A stretch of DNA of 64,000 nt from Octopus vulgaris (GCA_951406725.2 OX597816.1:178374001-178438000), one strand, 5' to 3'; numbered from the stretch's first letter, positions 1 through 12,892 are shown. Translations and numbers: made by a program. Notes: generated from the sequence alone by a model not told the origin.

Positions 1-300
1 ACCACTAGGCCACGCACCTTCACACATGGACTAAAAATATATAATTGGTCATACTCAGTAGCTATGGAGACAACACTAAATTGATACTGGAAATCAATAC
101 AAATAATGGTATCTATGCATTCCAACAAGGCATAAATGCCATATACTACTCGTCAAATGACAACAAGTCTTTCAATAGAACAAAATTCCATGCATTCTAT
201 TATGGTGAGCAGATGCCTGATAAGTAAAGGATCATAAATTCAAACTAGAGGAGATATATCGACACCAATTTGGTTAGAACAAAACAGTCTTTCAGTCAAA

Positions 301-302
<2 letters not shown>

Positions 303-349
<47 letters not shown>
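303..349. repeat. (TA)n microsatellite
   Basis: Pure TA run. Confidence 0.95.
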
Positions 350-351
<2 letters not shown>

Positions 352-650
352 AATAGTCAATCCAGAATTGTTTTATGACAGAGCTGGAAATACTTATATA
401 TAATTAATTAATTGACATGCCATTGAGCTGTGGTTATCAAAAGCATATTGCTATAGCCTCCTCATAGATGTTGTTAATTGAAAAAAGCATATTTTCCCAT
501 TTACAATGTTTATTACTTGCAATTGTATAATACACAAAGTATTAACTGTAGCTTACAAAAATGATTTTTTTTTCACAAGTAAAATAGTGTATTAACAAAC
601 AAAATTAACAAAAATAGCAAATTCATTGGAGGAGCACAAATTATAAGGAA

Positions 651-1940
651 TGCTAAATATTGATTTCAAATTTTGGCACAAGGCCAGCAATTTTGGGAAG
701 GGATAAGTCAATTATGTCAACTCCAGAGTGAAAATGGTGCTTATTTTCTCAACCCCCGAAAGGATGAAAGGCAAAGTCAACCCCAACAGAATTTGAACAC
801 AGAATATAAAGATGGATGAAAAGCATTTTGCCTGGCATTCTATTAGCTCACTGTTCTTAGGTGTGCTAAATATTGGTTTCAAATTTTGGCACAAGGCCAG
901 CAATTTTGGGAAGGGATAAGTCAATTATGTCAACTCCAGAGTGAAAATGGTGCTTATTTTCTCAACCCCGAAAGGATGAAAGGCAAAGTCAACCCCAACA
1001 GAATTTGAACACAGAATATAAAGATGGATGAAAAGCATTTTGCCTGGCATTCTATTAGCTCACTGTTCTTAGGTGTGCTAAATATTGATTTCAAATTTTG
1101 GCACAAGGCCAGCAATTTTGGGAAGGGATAAGTCAATTATGTCAACTCAAGAGTGTAAATGGTGCTTATTTTCTCAACCCCGAAAGGATGAAAGGCAAAG
1201 TCAACCCCAACAGAATTTGAACATAGAATATAAAGATGGATGAAAAGCATTTTGCCTGGCATTCTATTAGCTCACTGTTCTTAGGTGTGCTAAATATTGA
1301 TTTCAAATTTTGGCACAAGGCCAGCAATTTTGGGAAGGGATAAGTCAATTATGTCAACTCCAGAGTGAAAATGGTGCTTATTTTCTCAACCCCGAAAGGA
1401 TGAAAGGCAAAGTCAACCCCAACAGAATTTGAACACAGAATATAAAGATGGATGAAAAGCATTTTGCCTGGCATTCTATTAGCTCACTGTTCTTAGGTGT
1501 GCTAAATATTGGTTTCAAATTTTGGCACAAGGCCAGCAATTTTGGGAAGGGATAAGTCAATTATGTCAACTCCAGAGTGAAAATGGTGCTTATTTTCTCA
1601 ACCCCGAAAGGATGAAAGGCAAAGTCAACCCCAACAGAATTTGAACACAGAATATAAAGATGGATGAAAAGCATTTTGCCTGGCATTCTATTAGCTCACT
1701 GTTCTTAGGTGTGCTAAATATTGGTTTCAAATTTTGGCGCAAGGCCAGCAGTTATGGGGAAGGGGGCAAGTCCATTATATTGACCACAGAGTTCAACTGC
1801 TATTTATTTCATTGACCCCCAAAAGATGACAGGCAAAGTTGACCTTAGCAGTATTTGAATTCAGAATGTAAAGATGAAAGAAATGTCACTAAACATTTTG
1901 CCTGGTATTCTAACAGTTCTGCCAACTCACCACCCCGAGG
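651..1940 (-). repeat. Tandem array of a ~212-bp SINE-derived unit: 5 near-identical copies plus 1 diverged copy
   Basis: Units start at 651, 864, 1076, 1288, 1500 and 1712. Each is the reverse complement of the dispersed SINE at 2422-2636 (gcctttcatcctttcgggg core). Confidence 0.92.
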
Positions 1941-1974
1941 AATGTTGGATATTAACTTTCATAATCTTTTATCT

Positions 1975-2310
1975 TTTACTTGTTTCAATCATTTTGACTA
2001 CAGCCATTCTGGGGCTCAACCATGATGGGTTTTAGTCAAACAAATCGACCTCAGTACTTTTTTTATAAGCCAAGTAAACATGCCAACATCAGTTGTCGAG
2101 CAGTGATTGGGGACAAACACAGACAAACATACATGCACACACATGCATGCATGCACACGCACACACACACACGACAGGGGTTTTTCAATTTCTGTCTACC
2201 AAATCCACTCACAAGGCTTTGTCAGCTCGAGGCTACAGTAGAAGATACTAACCAAATCCTGCAACCATGTGGTTGGGAAGAAACCTCCTTACCACACACC
2301 TATACCATAC
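1975..2310 (-). mobile_element. Degraded tRNA-derived SINE, family A
   Basis: Reverse complement of the 5219-5659 family (ctaccaaatccactcacaaggcttt; ttttacttgtttca tail). Confidence 0.8.
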
Positions 2311-2421
2311 CATAAAAAAAAATGTTCTCAGAAAACCAAAAAAATATTCTAATGATAGATATTTAATTAATGCAACTCTTCCGACACATGCAGAATTTTG
2401 TTTTTCACTATTTACCTTTAG

Positions 2422-2636
2422 AAGGGTGGTGAGCTGACAAAATTGTTACCGCATCAGAAATACTTAGCACCATTTCCTCTGATTTTCTATTCTGAGCTCA
2501 AATGCTGCCAAGATCAACTTTGACTTTCATCCTCCTGGGGTCAATAGAATAAGTACCAGTTAGACACTGGCAGTTGAAATAATCAACTCACACCCTCCCC
2601 TGAAATTGCTGGCCCGGTGCCAAAATTTGAAACTAA
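2422..2636 (+). mobile_element. SINE family B (central domain resembles Meta/MESC, from memory)
   Basis: 13-bp TSD tatttacctttag at 2409-2421 and 2637-2649; B-box-like gagctcaaat; ctttcatcctcctggggtcaatagaataagtacc core. Confidence 0.8.
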
Positions 2637-2845
2637 TATTTACCTTTAGTATCTTTTGTGATAAAGATCACATGATAAAGTCACTAAGCTAAAGCCAGAG
2701 TCAGTAGAATGAAAAATTTCTTGTATATTCATTTGTATTTTTCAGTTTAAAAGTCATCTCTGCATTTTGGGTATAGTGACAATACTTCTGATTGTCCCTT
2801 TTGTACAATGATAAGGTAGAATACATGCGTATCAATATGTATCCA

Positions 2846-2862
2846 TATGTGTATATATATAT

Positions 2863-2908
<46 letters not shown>

Positions 2909-2945
2909 CACACACATATATATATATACACACATATATACACAC

Positions 2946-2978
<33 letters not shown>

Positions 2979-2985
2979 TATATAT

Positions 2986-3054
<69 letters not shown>
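2846..3054. repeat. Compound (TA)n/(CA)n microsatellite
   Basis: Direct inspection. Confidence 0.95.
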
Positions 3055-3055
<1 letters not shown>

Positions 3056-3239
3056 AGACAAATAATGATCATTACATATTACTTTCTTGTAGTAAATTTG
3101 ACTTATAGCTGTTTCCCATAGTCATTATAGGTTCATTATAGATTGGTTTACTCAATCAGTGCATTCATTGGTTGAGAAAAGCTGAATGACCTAGAGAATT
3201 AATGTATATACATAAAGCATCAACAAAAGCCTGTAAATA

Positions 3240-4310
3240 CAGTGTAGTAAATAAACTGTTGTCTAAATTATGCAAAAATCAGAATAACACTGACATCTCA
3301 TTCTAACAAATATATTTACCAAAATTACAGAAAAATAGCTTGAAATACTAAAGAGTAAAATTCATTCAATAAAATCACCACTGGCTTCAACCACGGCCTC
3401 CATATGACTTCGGAATCTCCTGCAACTCTTCTGGACGGTCTCCTCATTTAAGTTGGTGAATGCTACCATAATTCTTGCTTTCAGTTCATCTTTGGTGTTA
3501 CAAGGAATTTTTGTTGGTCTTTTACACAAAATCATGAAGGGGGTTGTAGTCTGGGGAGTTAGGTAGCCAGATGTTAGAGGTGATGTGGTTGCAGAAATCT
3601 ATCTGACAGCCATGTCTGGGTTCTCCTGCTTTTGTGGCATGGTGCAGAGTCCTGTTGCCAGACATAGGGTCTTCCAGCAGCCACCCTCTTCACCCAGGGC
3701 AGCACTACTGTTATATCTTCTTTGTTTTGTGTTGGGACAATAAAACAACTTATTGGAGGCATTAATATGATTTGACCATGTTTATTTACTTATTTACTTA
3801 GCATGTTTATATATGTATATGGTGGAGTGATACATTCATATATGTATACAGCGGAGTGATGCACGTTGAGTGTATTCACTTTATTCACAGTTCATACTGT
3901 CTAAATGTGCATAACAAAATAGTGCTAATCATAGAGATATATTCATATATATATGTATACATACACATATAACATATAAGATGACTGTAGGCATAACATC
4001 GCCATCACGAGTGATCACTTCAAACACTGATGTTGTCTGGATGTTTGATTTTTATTACTCTCAGTACATGTCCTCAGATTGATACCCAAACACTCTGAAA
4101 TGTTCATATTGGAGCTTCCAGTGCAAATGTCAAGCAGTACAGCAAGTTGTTTCAAATTTCTGGCAGAGTGAATTGCGTCATGGTGCTGTTTTTCTCACAG
4201 ATGGTGTCCAACTGACCCTGCTATACTGTGTAGTCAACAAAATCAAAAAACAGACAATGCGCATACAGGAAATTAAAAATATAAAATGGTAACAATTTAC
4301 CCACGGCACC

Positions 4311-4313
<3 letters not shown>
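3240..4313 (-). mobile_element. Defective Tc1/mariner-superfamily transposon (same family as 37018 and 46530)
   Basis: RPYVWQQDSAPCH transposase motif on the minus strand; terminus caatttacccacggcaccctg followed by TA. Confidence 0.8.
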
Positions 4314-4408
<95 letters not shown>

Positions 4409-4430
4409 GTATATATGTATATATATATAT

Positions 4431-4462
<32 letters not shown>

Positions 4463-4465
4463 GTA

Positions 4466-4526
<61 letters not shown>
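4314..4526. repeat. (TA)n/(TATG)n microsatellite
   Basis: Direct inspection. Confidence 0.95.
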
Positions 4527-4528
<2 letters not shown>

Positions 4529-4579
4529 TCACACACACATGTACTATTTTATTAAAACTGAAAAAAAGGAAACTTCACA

Positions 4580-4935
4580 TAGGCACAGACTTGACTGTGT
4601 GGTAAGAAGCTTGCTTCCCAACCATGGTTTAGGCTTCAGTTCTACTGCATGGCACCTTGGGCAAGTATCTTCTATTATAGCCTTGGACCAAAGCCTTGTG
4701 AGTGGATTTTGTAGATGGAACTGTGTGTGTGTGTGTCTTTGTGCCTGTGTTTGCCCCCCTACCACTTCTTGACCACCGGTGCTGGTGTGTTTACGTCACC
4801 GTAACTTAGCATTTCAGCATAGAATAAGAACCAGATTTTTAAAATAGTAAATACTGGGGCAGATACATTTGACTAAAAATTCTTCAAGGCAGTACCCCAG
4901 CATGGCCACAGTCTAATGACTGAAACAAGTAAAAA
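4580..4935 (+). mobile_element. SINE family A, diverged
   Basis: tgtgtggtaag...ccttgggcaagt...tgactgaaacaagtaaaa, shared with 5219-5659. Confidence 0.85.
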
Positions 4936-5026
4936 AATAAATATAAATAAAAATAAAAAACATGTGACCATTCATCAAACACTTTTGCTAAAATAGAATT
5001 ATGAGATTATTTCTTATTTTGTTTTA

Positions 5027-5077
5027 TCACAAGTAACTGATGACTGGTTTTGTGAAACTCTGAGTAACAATTTGTGA
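5027..5077 (+). ncRNA. Degenerate minimal type-I hammerhead ribozyme motif
   Basis: tcacaag..CTGATGA(5037-43)..GAAA(5054-57) ctc-t-gag TA..tttgtga. Core intact; stem II and proximal stem I are weak. Confidence 0.55.
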
Positions 5078-5218
5078 AGCTTGTTTTTGGTTTTAATAAA
5101 ATAGTATTTTGTTCTACATTTTTGGTATTCAAGTGCTATGTTTTCAATCTTGTTATGTACCTATGGCTTACTTGTATGTATACATATGTATACTGTCTCA
5201 AAAAAAAATCAACAAAAT

Positions 5219-5659
5219 AGGCGCAGGAGTGGCTGTGTGGTAAGTAGCTTGCTTACGAACCACATGGTTCCGGGTTCAGTCCCACTGTGTGGCACCTTGG
5301 GCAAGTGTCTTCTACTATAGCCTCGGGCCGACCAAAGCCTTGTGAGTGGATTTGGTAGACGGAAACTGAAAGAAGCCCGTCGTATATATGTATATATATA
5401 TATATGTGTGTATATATATGTGTGTATATATATGTATGTGTGTGTGTATGTTTGTGTGTCTGTGTTTGTCCCTCCAACATCGCTTGACAACCGATGCTGG
5501 TGTGTTTATGTCCCTGTAACTTAGCGGTTCGGCAAAAGAGAAACTGATAGATTAAGTACTAGGCTTACAAAGAATAGGTCCTGGGGTCGATTTGTTCGAC
5601 TAAAGGCGGTGCTCCAGCATGGCCGCAGTCAAATGACTGAAACAAGTAAAAGAGTAAAA
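5219..5659 (+). mobile_element. tRNA-derived SINE family A (CORE-like; octopus OR-type by recollection)
   Basis: A box tggctgtgtgg, B box ggttcagtcc, ccttgggcaagt core, internal (TA)/(TG) tract, aagtaaaagag tail; about 9 copies in the window. Confidence 0.9.
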
Positions 5660-5904
5660 GCAATTCCATGACTTAATAATTGTGCTTAAAAAGATAATCA
5701 TCTAACATAGCAGTGATTACCAATAGAAAATTTTACATAAATTCAAATTCACTGCCAAAAGAAATTAGAGGAAATATTTCCTCCCTGTTTGACTCAGTAT
5801 GTAGCCAGATCCTTCATTGACAGTAGCCTTATTTTGTTGTCACATGATGCTGCAGTTAGTCTACCTTAAAAATATTAGTGTATTTCCAGAGTACTCTAAG
5901 CTCT

Positions 5905-6443
5905 TTAACCCTTTCGGTACCAACCCGGCCAAAACCGGCTCTGTCGTACAAAGGTCTTGTTTTCATAAGTTTTGAATAAAAATCTTCCACCAAACCTTAG
6001 TCACAATTTATGTTCCTAACACTAGCTTAATGATCACGTGATCACGTGACCAACCAGTCCATCAGATGTAGTTACACATCGCTGGTCACAATGCGTTCAC
6101 ATTGTTTTAGCCTTTGAATGATGCCACCTCGCTGGCTAAGCGAGCAGGCCAACAGAAGAAAGAGTGGGAGAAAGAGTGGTGAAAGAGTACAGCAGGGATC
6201 ATCACCCCCTGCCGGAGCCTCGTGGAGCTTTAAGGTGTTTTCGCTCAATAAACACTCACAACGCCCAGTCTGGGAATCGAAACCGCGATCCTACGACCGC
6301 GAGTCCGCTGCCCTAACCACTAGGCCATTGCGCCTCCACAGCTTAATGATAACTAAGTTATTTTACTAAATTCTTTGTTATATTTAAAATAATCGAAAGA
6401 AACACAGAACATCTCAAAATAAATACAGTAACGAAAGGGTTAA
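5905..6443 (+). mobile_element. TTAA-target (piggyBac-type) MITE family 1, interrupted by a SINE
   Basis: TTAA-CCCTTTCG...CGAAAGGG-TTAA termini. Confidence 0.9.
6035..6339 (-). mobile_element. tRNA-derived SINE family C inserted in the MITE
   Basis: Minus-strand A box TGGCCTAGTGG and B box GGTTTCGATTCC; 11-bp TSD agcttaatgat at 6024-6034 and 6340-6350. Confidence 0.9.
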
Positions 6444-6540
6444 TAAAAAGGACATAAAAGTTCACTTGAGCTACACATAGAAGTTAAACTATGCAACAAG
6501 CCACAGCTATAAAACAGATGGAACTGTAAGATCAAGGCCA

Positions 6541-6771
6541 TTAACCCTTTCGCTACTGTATTTATTTTGAGATGCTCTGTGTTTCTTTCAATTACTTTAA
6601 ATGTAACAAAGAATTTAGTAAAATAATTTAGTATTATCATTCAGTTAGTGTTAGGAACATAAATTGTGACTAAGGTTTGGTGGAAGATTTTAATTTAAAA
6701 CTTATGAAAACAAGACATTTGTACTACAGAGCCAGAGCCGGTTTCAGCCGGGTTGGTAACGAAAGGGTTAA
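6541..6771 (-). mobile_element. TTAA MITE family 1
   Basis: TIRs plus TTAA; inverted relative to the 5905 copy. Confidence 0.9.
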
Positions 6772-7194
6772 GCAGTTTGTTTAAGAACAGAAATATTCTA
6801 TTAGGAAAAATTACAGTAAGAATGATGCACTGATAAAGAATACAGCATACTTTCTACTCATGAACAATGCACAACAAAAACAATAACACTCTTTAGGCCT
6901 TACGATTTTAGATAAATTCACATTGGCAATCATAGTTTTCACATGTTTCATTACCAAATCCAGATTTCCTTCTCACAACCAGAAAATACTTGAGTTTTTA
7001 ACATTTTTCAAAGCACAAACACATTCTACAGTCTTATTTCATTATTGATTTCAAGTTATTGTCATTATTTTGAAAACTAATATAGTCGTTACAAAAGAAA
7101 AGCAAAGAAAAGAAAAAAGTGGAAAAAAAAAATGAAAAGGAGAAAAGAAAAAGAGAAGAAAGGAAAAAAAATATCATGTAGCACCAAGTACTTC

Positions 7195-7410
7195 AATTGG
7201 TTGCACACCACAGGGTTCAATGTAACCTGCTGCACGCTTGCAGCATTACCACAGGCGATGGTGAGGCTAAGGCATTGGAAAAGCCAAGTATCTTCATGGG
7301 CATCACCTGACACCTCAGTGAGGCAAGCTGCCAACGATGACAAGAACTTTGTGGTTAGTGACCCCTAGTCCCTCCAAATGTCTCAAATGCCACAGGCTGG
7401 AAGAGATAAT
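7195..7410 (-). mobile_element. 3' relic of a CRE-clade (restriction-like endonuclease) non-LTR retrotransposon
   Basis: Minus-strand translation FQPVAFETFGG, frameshift, then LTEVSGDAHEDTWLFQCLSLTIACGNAASV; resembles the CRE C-terminal ETLG...FQRLSVAVQRGNA motif. Confidence 0.65.
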
Positions 7411-8939
7411 TCACTGCCAGACCCAGATACTTCAGGGTTTTGTTCCATTTCGATATGGAAGTAGTGACTCTCCCATTTACCACAACATGAGTGCTTAGTC
7501 AAACAACACTCCTTCAGTATAATGTAATAACTCTCCACTGTTAGGATGTGTTCTTTTCTGTTTCCTTTTATCATTTTCTACTAATTCTACTACTCAACAT
7601 AAATTTACACATTGTACTATGACTTGTGTTTCGTTCTTGGTTTTCTTCCTAAGAACTTGTCCCCCATCTTTTTGTCTATAAAATTGCTTCTCTTTGGAAT
7701 TCCTTGTCAGATTTGTTTTCATTTCAATTATAAGTCATCAATAATTTGAAACAAGTGTTAATTAATCTTACCCAGTTATTGCTATTCTCCTATTTTAAGA
7801 ATGCATGTTCAATAATCTCTTTAAAGCTTTTTTTCCTTCTATCAATTTGTAGTCACTTCCAGTCATCTGATACCACCTGAATTATCTCATTTCTTCAAAC
7901 TGCATCAGCTCTAAAACCCTACATGTCATTAGGTTTCTATGGCTTTCATTTTAGAACATACCCACCACAAAAATAAAAAAAAAGAAGAAAAATCATCTTG
8001 AAATGAAGATTTTGACAATTTTGTCTCATTTGATAGTAAAGAAGAGACATTATACATATCATGGAAATATACTCATAGTTATACATCCCTTTTACTTACA
8101 AACTATAATCAGCTCAAACCATTTCATTTCCTGAAGTTTAAAGGCTGAATTTCCTTTACAGGAACAGAAAATCTTTTATACTTGAGCAGCTAATAAAGTA
8201 CATGTACCCACATATATATATCATTGTTCACATGTCAGGAATGGAGCACCCATCACATACAGGCTCACACACATTAAATATTATTACGAAGGTAAATCCT
8301 TCTGCACGATAGGCAAAGCTTCACCCAATTTACAGCCAATAGCTCTCTGTTGAACACCATCCTTTTATTGATTCTTTCACTGTTACTACAATGGCAACTG
8401 CAGCTCCATTCTCGCCAACCCTAGGCCTCCCCTATCCATGGAAACCTATTCAAGAATTCAATTCCTTCTCCTTTCCTACTCTCCCTCCTCTTATTCTCAC
8501 TCTCAAACAGTTGCTCAAATTTTCTTTCCAAGATCTGATATTTTTGAAACTCCCTCTTCAAACTAACAAATATTTTAAGAAAAGCTTTTAATAATAAATA
8601 AATAAAAATTTTAAAAACCCTTCCCATGTTTTAATTTTTTTTTTATCTAAATCGTCTAAATATTGAAATTTGAAATTTAATTTCAAAACAAGTAATACAG
8701 TTCTCATAACTGCACCTTACATACATATGCATTTCATATGAAAAAGGGTTCAATAAAATTACATTGATTTCCCAGTAATAACTTGACTCTTCGATTTTAA
8801 TTTATAATAAAACTGTTCAAACAACTTTTGTATAAATATTTCAAATAGATTTTGCTTATATGTAAAAGAATTGACAATATTTTTACCATTATATGTTTCT
8901 TTTCAAAATAGAATTCATTTAGAAGAAATGCAATGCCTT

Positions 8940-10300
8940 TCCGTCACGAGATGTCATTCCGCCGAAACATTTTGCCATTTCAGTTTTTATAACAATCAAC
9001 CGGAAGTTTATAATAAATGGCAGCCATTACTCGTTATTGGCATGTAGGATTATGTTGAGTTCGATTTTTCTCTATTTCACAGAGGATACGTTAAAAATCA
9101 CTTCAGGTAAATATTCACATTTCCTTATTGTAATCAGCTATACGAAGAAACTTTCTCCAAGCCAGTATTTGTCTAAGAACACATCTAAAGACTATAATTG
9201 TTCCATGGTTCGTATTTAATTGGATGTATTTTGGTTTCTGAAACGAGCACATTGCAAGGAAACAATCATAATAAAAGGACTTGAGCCAGGTTATAGGATT
9301 TAATTCATATAGATTGCTTCATTTATTTGTTAAATATAAAAAAAGAACAAGATTCACAGGGAAACTTCTGTAGCAAAGTAAAAAAAAGAGAAAAGTTAGG
9401 AGAAACAAAATACTTGATAAAAGGAAGTCTTTGTATTCGTTATTTCTTCGATCTTATAAAAAAAGTTATAATCGATTAGAAATGATGCTAAATAATGTAA
9501 CTTTTAATGATTTCTGTTCGTTTATTGTGCATTGTGGAAAACAGAACCAGGAAGAAAATAATGTTAGTTTTTGTAACTTCCGGCTTGTTTCTGTTTTAAC
9601 AAATATTTCTAATTTGTTTTCTGTGATTTATTGACGAAACAAAACATAAGTGTGAGCTCATCCGACACAACATTTCTTCACGGTTTTCTTTTTCAATCTG
9701 TACTTTAGCACACATAAAAAAAAAGTCTGTTTTAAAATACTCAGAACTTTAATAACAATCACCAAACACGGATTTTCCATGTAACACTATCGATCTTTAT
9801 CTTTCATTTAGATAAGGTTTTAAACATGATTTTCATCTAAAAAAAGATTTCGATTTTAAATAAGTACCGTCCGTCGACTGAGATATAGGAACTAATAAAA
9901 TTAAAAAAACAAAACAAAATAACCTGAAATCGTATTGAGGGTTGTAGGAAATGAAACTAACTTCGACATGTCCTTTCCGGAAAACAGGGACCTGTTCACG
10001 ACAACATTAAAAAGTGGCGTTTTTAGTAGAAATGTGAGAATTGTCATAATTGTTATCGATTTTGAACGTTGGGTTTACTTTTGAAGAAAAAGTAAACAAG
10101 CATCCACCACTTGTACGGATGTAACCTCATGTTCCATTGCGCTAGGTTATCGGCTTGTATCATCAAGTGGCTTTAGAAGAGATGTGTTTCTTCCAAAAAG
10201 CGTGAGAGGGGCCATCCTTTAAAAACTGGATCTGCTTCGGAACCTTGGTTTTTGTGAAGTTTTGTTAGTAAGCTTGATAGTTGTGACTATGAACAGGTTA
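8940..10300. promoter_or_regulatory. CpG-enriched putative TAF6L promoter and first-exon region
   Basis: CpG is locally frequent against a depleted background and the region lacks repeats. ETS-type CCGGAAGT at ~9000 and ACTTCCGG at ~9576; YY1-like AAATGGCAGCC at ~9015; candidate donors cag|gtaaat (9106) and cag|gttaga (10296). Confidence 0.55.
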
Positions 10301-12238
10301 GATATATTAAGTTTCAATAACTACAGCACACTAGAAGAATAATATATATATTTCTCTTCCCTAACACACATCAGTATTGTAAAATAATTAAAGCATTGAG
10401 GAACATGGTTACAGATTACTCAAAATACTTATAATTTGATTTTTGTTCATTTTAGGCAGTTTTAAAATAAAATTCCCAACTTTAAAATTTTAGTATCGAT
10501 TGTTAGTATATGATACTTGAAGAAATCTTCATTTTGCAATTATCTTGCTTTGAAAGTTCATAGGGTTTTTATTTCAATAAAGTCAGTAGAGCCCTATTAT
10601 TATTTTTATTTTTTATCACTTAAATATCCCATAATCATGTACATTGTTGGGAAAGTAAAAAGTCGATAATTTTCTTAATAACTTATGAAGAATTGTGTAT
10701 AAACATCTCGGCAACTATCAGTATATAAAATCAACTTAAATTTATTGGTTTTCTTCCTACTGATTTTTTTTTAGAATATATCCACATGCAACTTAGGTAC
10801 TTCATGTTAAACCTTCACAGGTTTTGTGAACAGAGATCTTGAGAATGTTATCCAATTGGAAACAACAATTTTTTCATTTAAACAGTACAAAGACATTCAC
10901 TAATTCTATTAGGAAACGATTTTATACTTCACTTTCCCTAACATGGGAAAACATGCAGTTAAAGCCATTAAAGTCTATGGTAGGCCATGCAATTTCTGAT
11001 CTTTCTTGACAATACTCCCACACAACATAACAAAGCTGCCTCCTTAAGATTAAACCTTCATCTTAGGGCCACAGAATTGTTCAGCTTTGAAAATCTGTTG
11101 ATGCTACAAGGCACAAATAAGAGCCACGATGGATTATTGCTCCAGAATCTGAGATACTGCAGCTACATACATAAACGTTCTTGACCATGTCCAAAAGGAG
11201 TTTGGTGTGGGGCATTCAACTGATTAGCAAAATCATTCAGTCACACACTGCAACCTGTGGCCCATACATACATATTTTATTTCTACTATAATGGCTTCTA
11301 CTCCTCTGGAGTAACTAGTTGTATACCATCTTCATCCAAATCTCACACTGACCGTTATGCTTAATTCTCCTCACATCCATAGAACATAAACCCTCTAGAA
11401 CTTGTTTCTTTCCCCTATTTTTCCTTCAAATGAAAATTTACAAATATTAAAACTTAGGATTAACATTATCACTCTCAGCAGTCTTGGAAGGTCTTTAAAG
11501 ATCATTGGTACCTGCCCATGCTCCAATGTACTTCATTGGTCAACGGAGGTAGTCGTTAGCAATCACAATCTCCAACGTTTTGGCTCCCACTCTCTCGTTA
11601 ATGGCTGCCACTCTATATTGGTAGTCATCAAGGAGGGAGAGATTTCATTGTCATTAACAAAGTAACTGAATAAATCTACATTTATTCAAACATTTCATTG
11701 CATCACTGGACAGGACATTTATTTCATTAAGTTGTGAATAAGTTGTTGGTTGTCTGGGATGTTATCTAAGCTTCAAGATATGTCTCTCAGATGCCCTGGA
11801 ATACAGCATCAATGAATTTCCTGGTGTCATCCAGTTCAACCAGCCAAGGCTGATCAAGTTCTGGCTTGCATCCCAATAGCAAAAAGCTGTGGGTTTGTCT
11901 TCTTTATCCAAAATCACCTTGTAGTAATAAAACTTCTATTCCTCTCCTTTTTTTCCTGCACTAGTAATTTTGAGCCCAGTCAGAGTGAGCATTCCACAAA
12001 CTCCTGCCAGCTCACTTCAGTTAATTCACAGTGAGTCTGCCAGTCTCAACTTCTACATTACTGTACCAGCTCTTCCCAGTATTCAACAATCTTTTTCTCA
12101 TGAACCTCTTCTATCTGTTCTTCCCAAGTCAACTGTCTAATGCACAATTCAGGAAGGATTCTGTTGGTTCTGCCTAGTGCTACAGAGATCAGAGCTGAGC
12201 ACCTGCATTATGCACACATGGACCAGTATAGATGTTTT

Positions 12239-12892
12239 CATCATCATCATCTTCATCTAACATTTGCTTTCCATGCTGGCATGGGTTAGACGGTTTGATT
12301 GGAACTGGTAAGCGGGAGAGCTTACCAGTTCCAGGTTCTTGTCTGATTTGACATGGTTTCTACAGCTGGATGTCCGTCCTGATGCCAACCAGTCCAAGAG
12401 TTTAATGGGGGCCTTTTACATGCAATTTACATGACACCAGCATGACCACAACTACAGTTTCATGGGTACCATTGACGTGACACTGGTAACAGCCATGACT
12501 ATAATTTTGCTTGGTTTGATGAGTCTTCTCAAGTACAGCATATCACCAAAGGTCTTGGTCACTTGGCATCGCCTCCATGAGGCCCAACATTCGAAGATCA
12601 TGCTTTGCCACTTTGTCCCATGTCTTCCTGGGTCTACCTCTTCCACAGGTTTCATTCACAGTTACAGATTGTCACTTTTTTTTGCACAGCTGTCCTCATC
12701 CGTAAGCATCATATGACTATACCAGCACATTCATCTCTCTTGCACACCACATCTGATGTCTTGTATTCCCAACTTTTCTCTCAAGACACTTATGTTCTGT
12801 CGAACATGCACAATGACACTGCACATCCAGCCAAGTCACAGCCCATGTTTCACTGCTGTGGAGCATGGCCATTTGAACACAGGCAGGCCTAT
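12239..12892 (-). mobile_element. RTE-clade LINE 3' fragment
   Basis: (cat)n tail, 3'UTR, and eroded C-terminal coding sequence homologous to 59790-60815. Confidence 0.8.

Noticed and set aside
45-227. 60-aa ORF or possible minus-strand exon
   Set aside because: No homology recognised; all three minus frames after the candidate acceptor contain stops.
712-1560. Four repeated 60-70 aa ORFs (MTYPFPKLLALCQ...)
   Set aside because: Translations of the 212-bp SINE-derived unit with non-ATG starts; not a gene family.
2701-4772. YI/CV/HT-rich ORFs
   Set aside because: Microsatellite translations.
5219-6339. tRNA-like heads
   Set aside because: A/B boxes belong to SINEs; no complete cloverleaf.
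10289-10296. ATGAACAG|gt as the TAF6L start
   Set aside because: Phase 2 does not fit the phase-0 exon at 23777 and hits a stop; at most a UTR exon.
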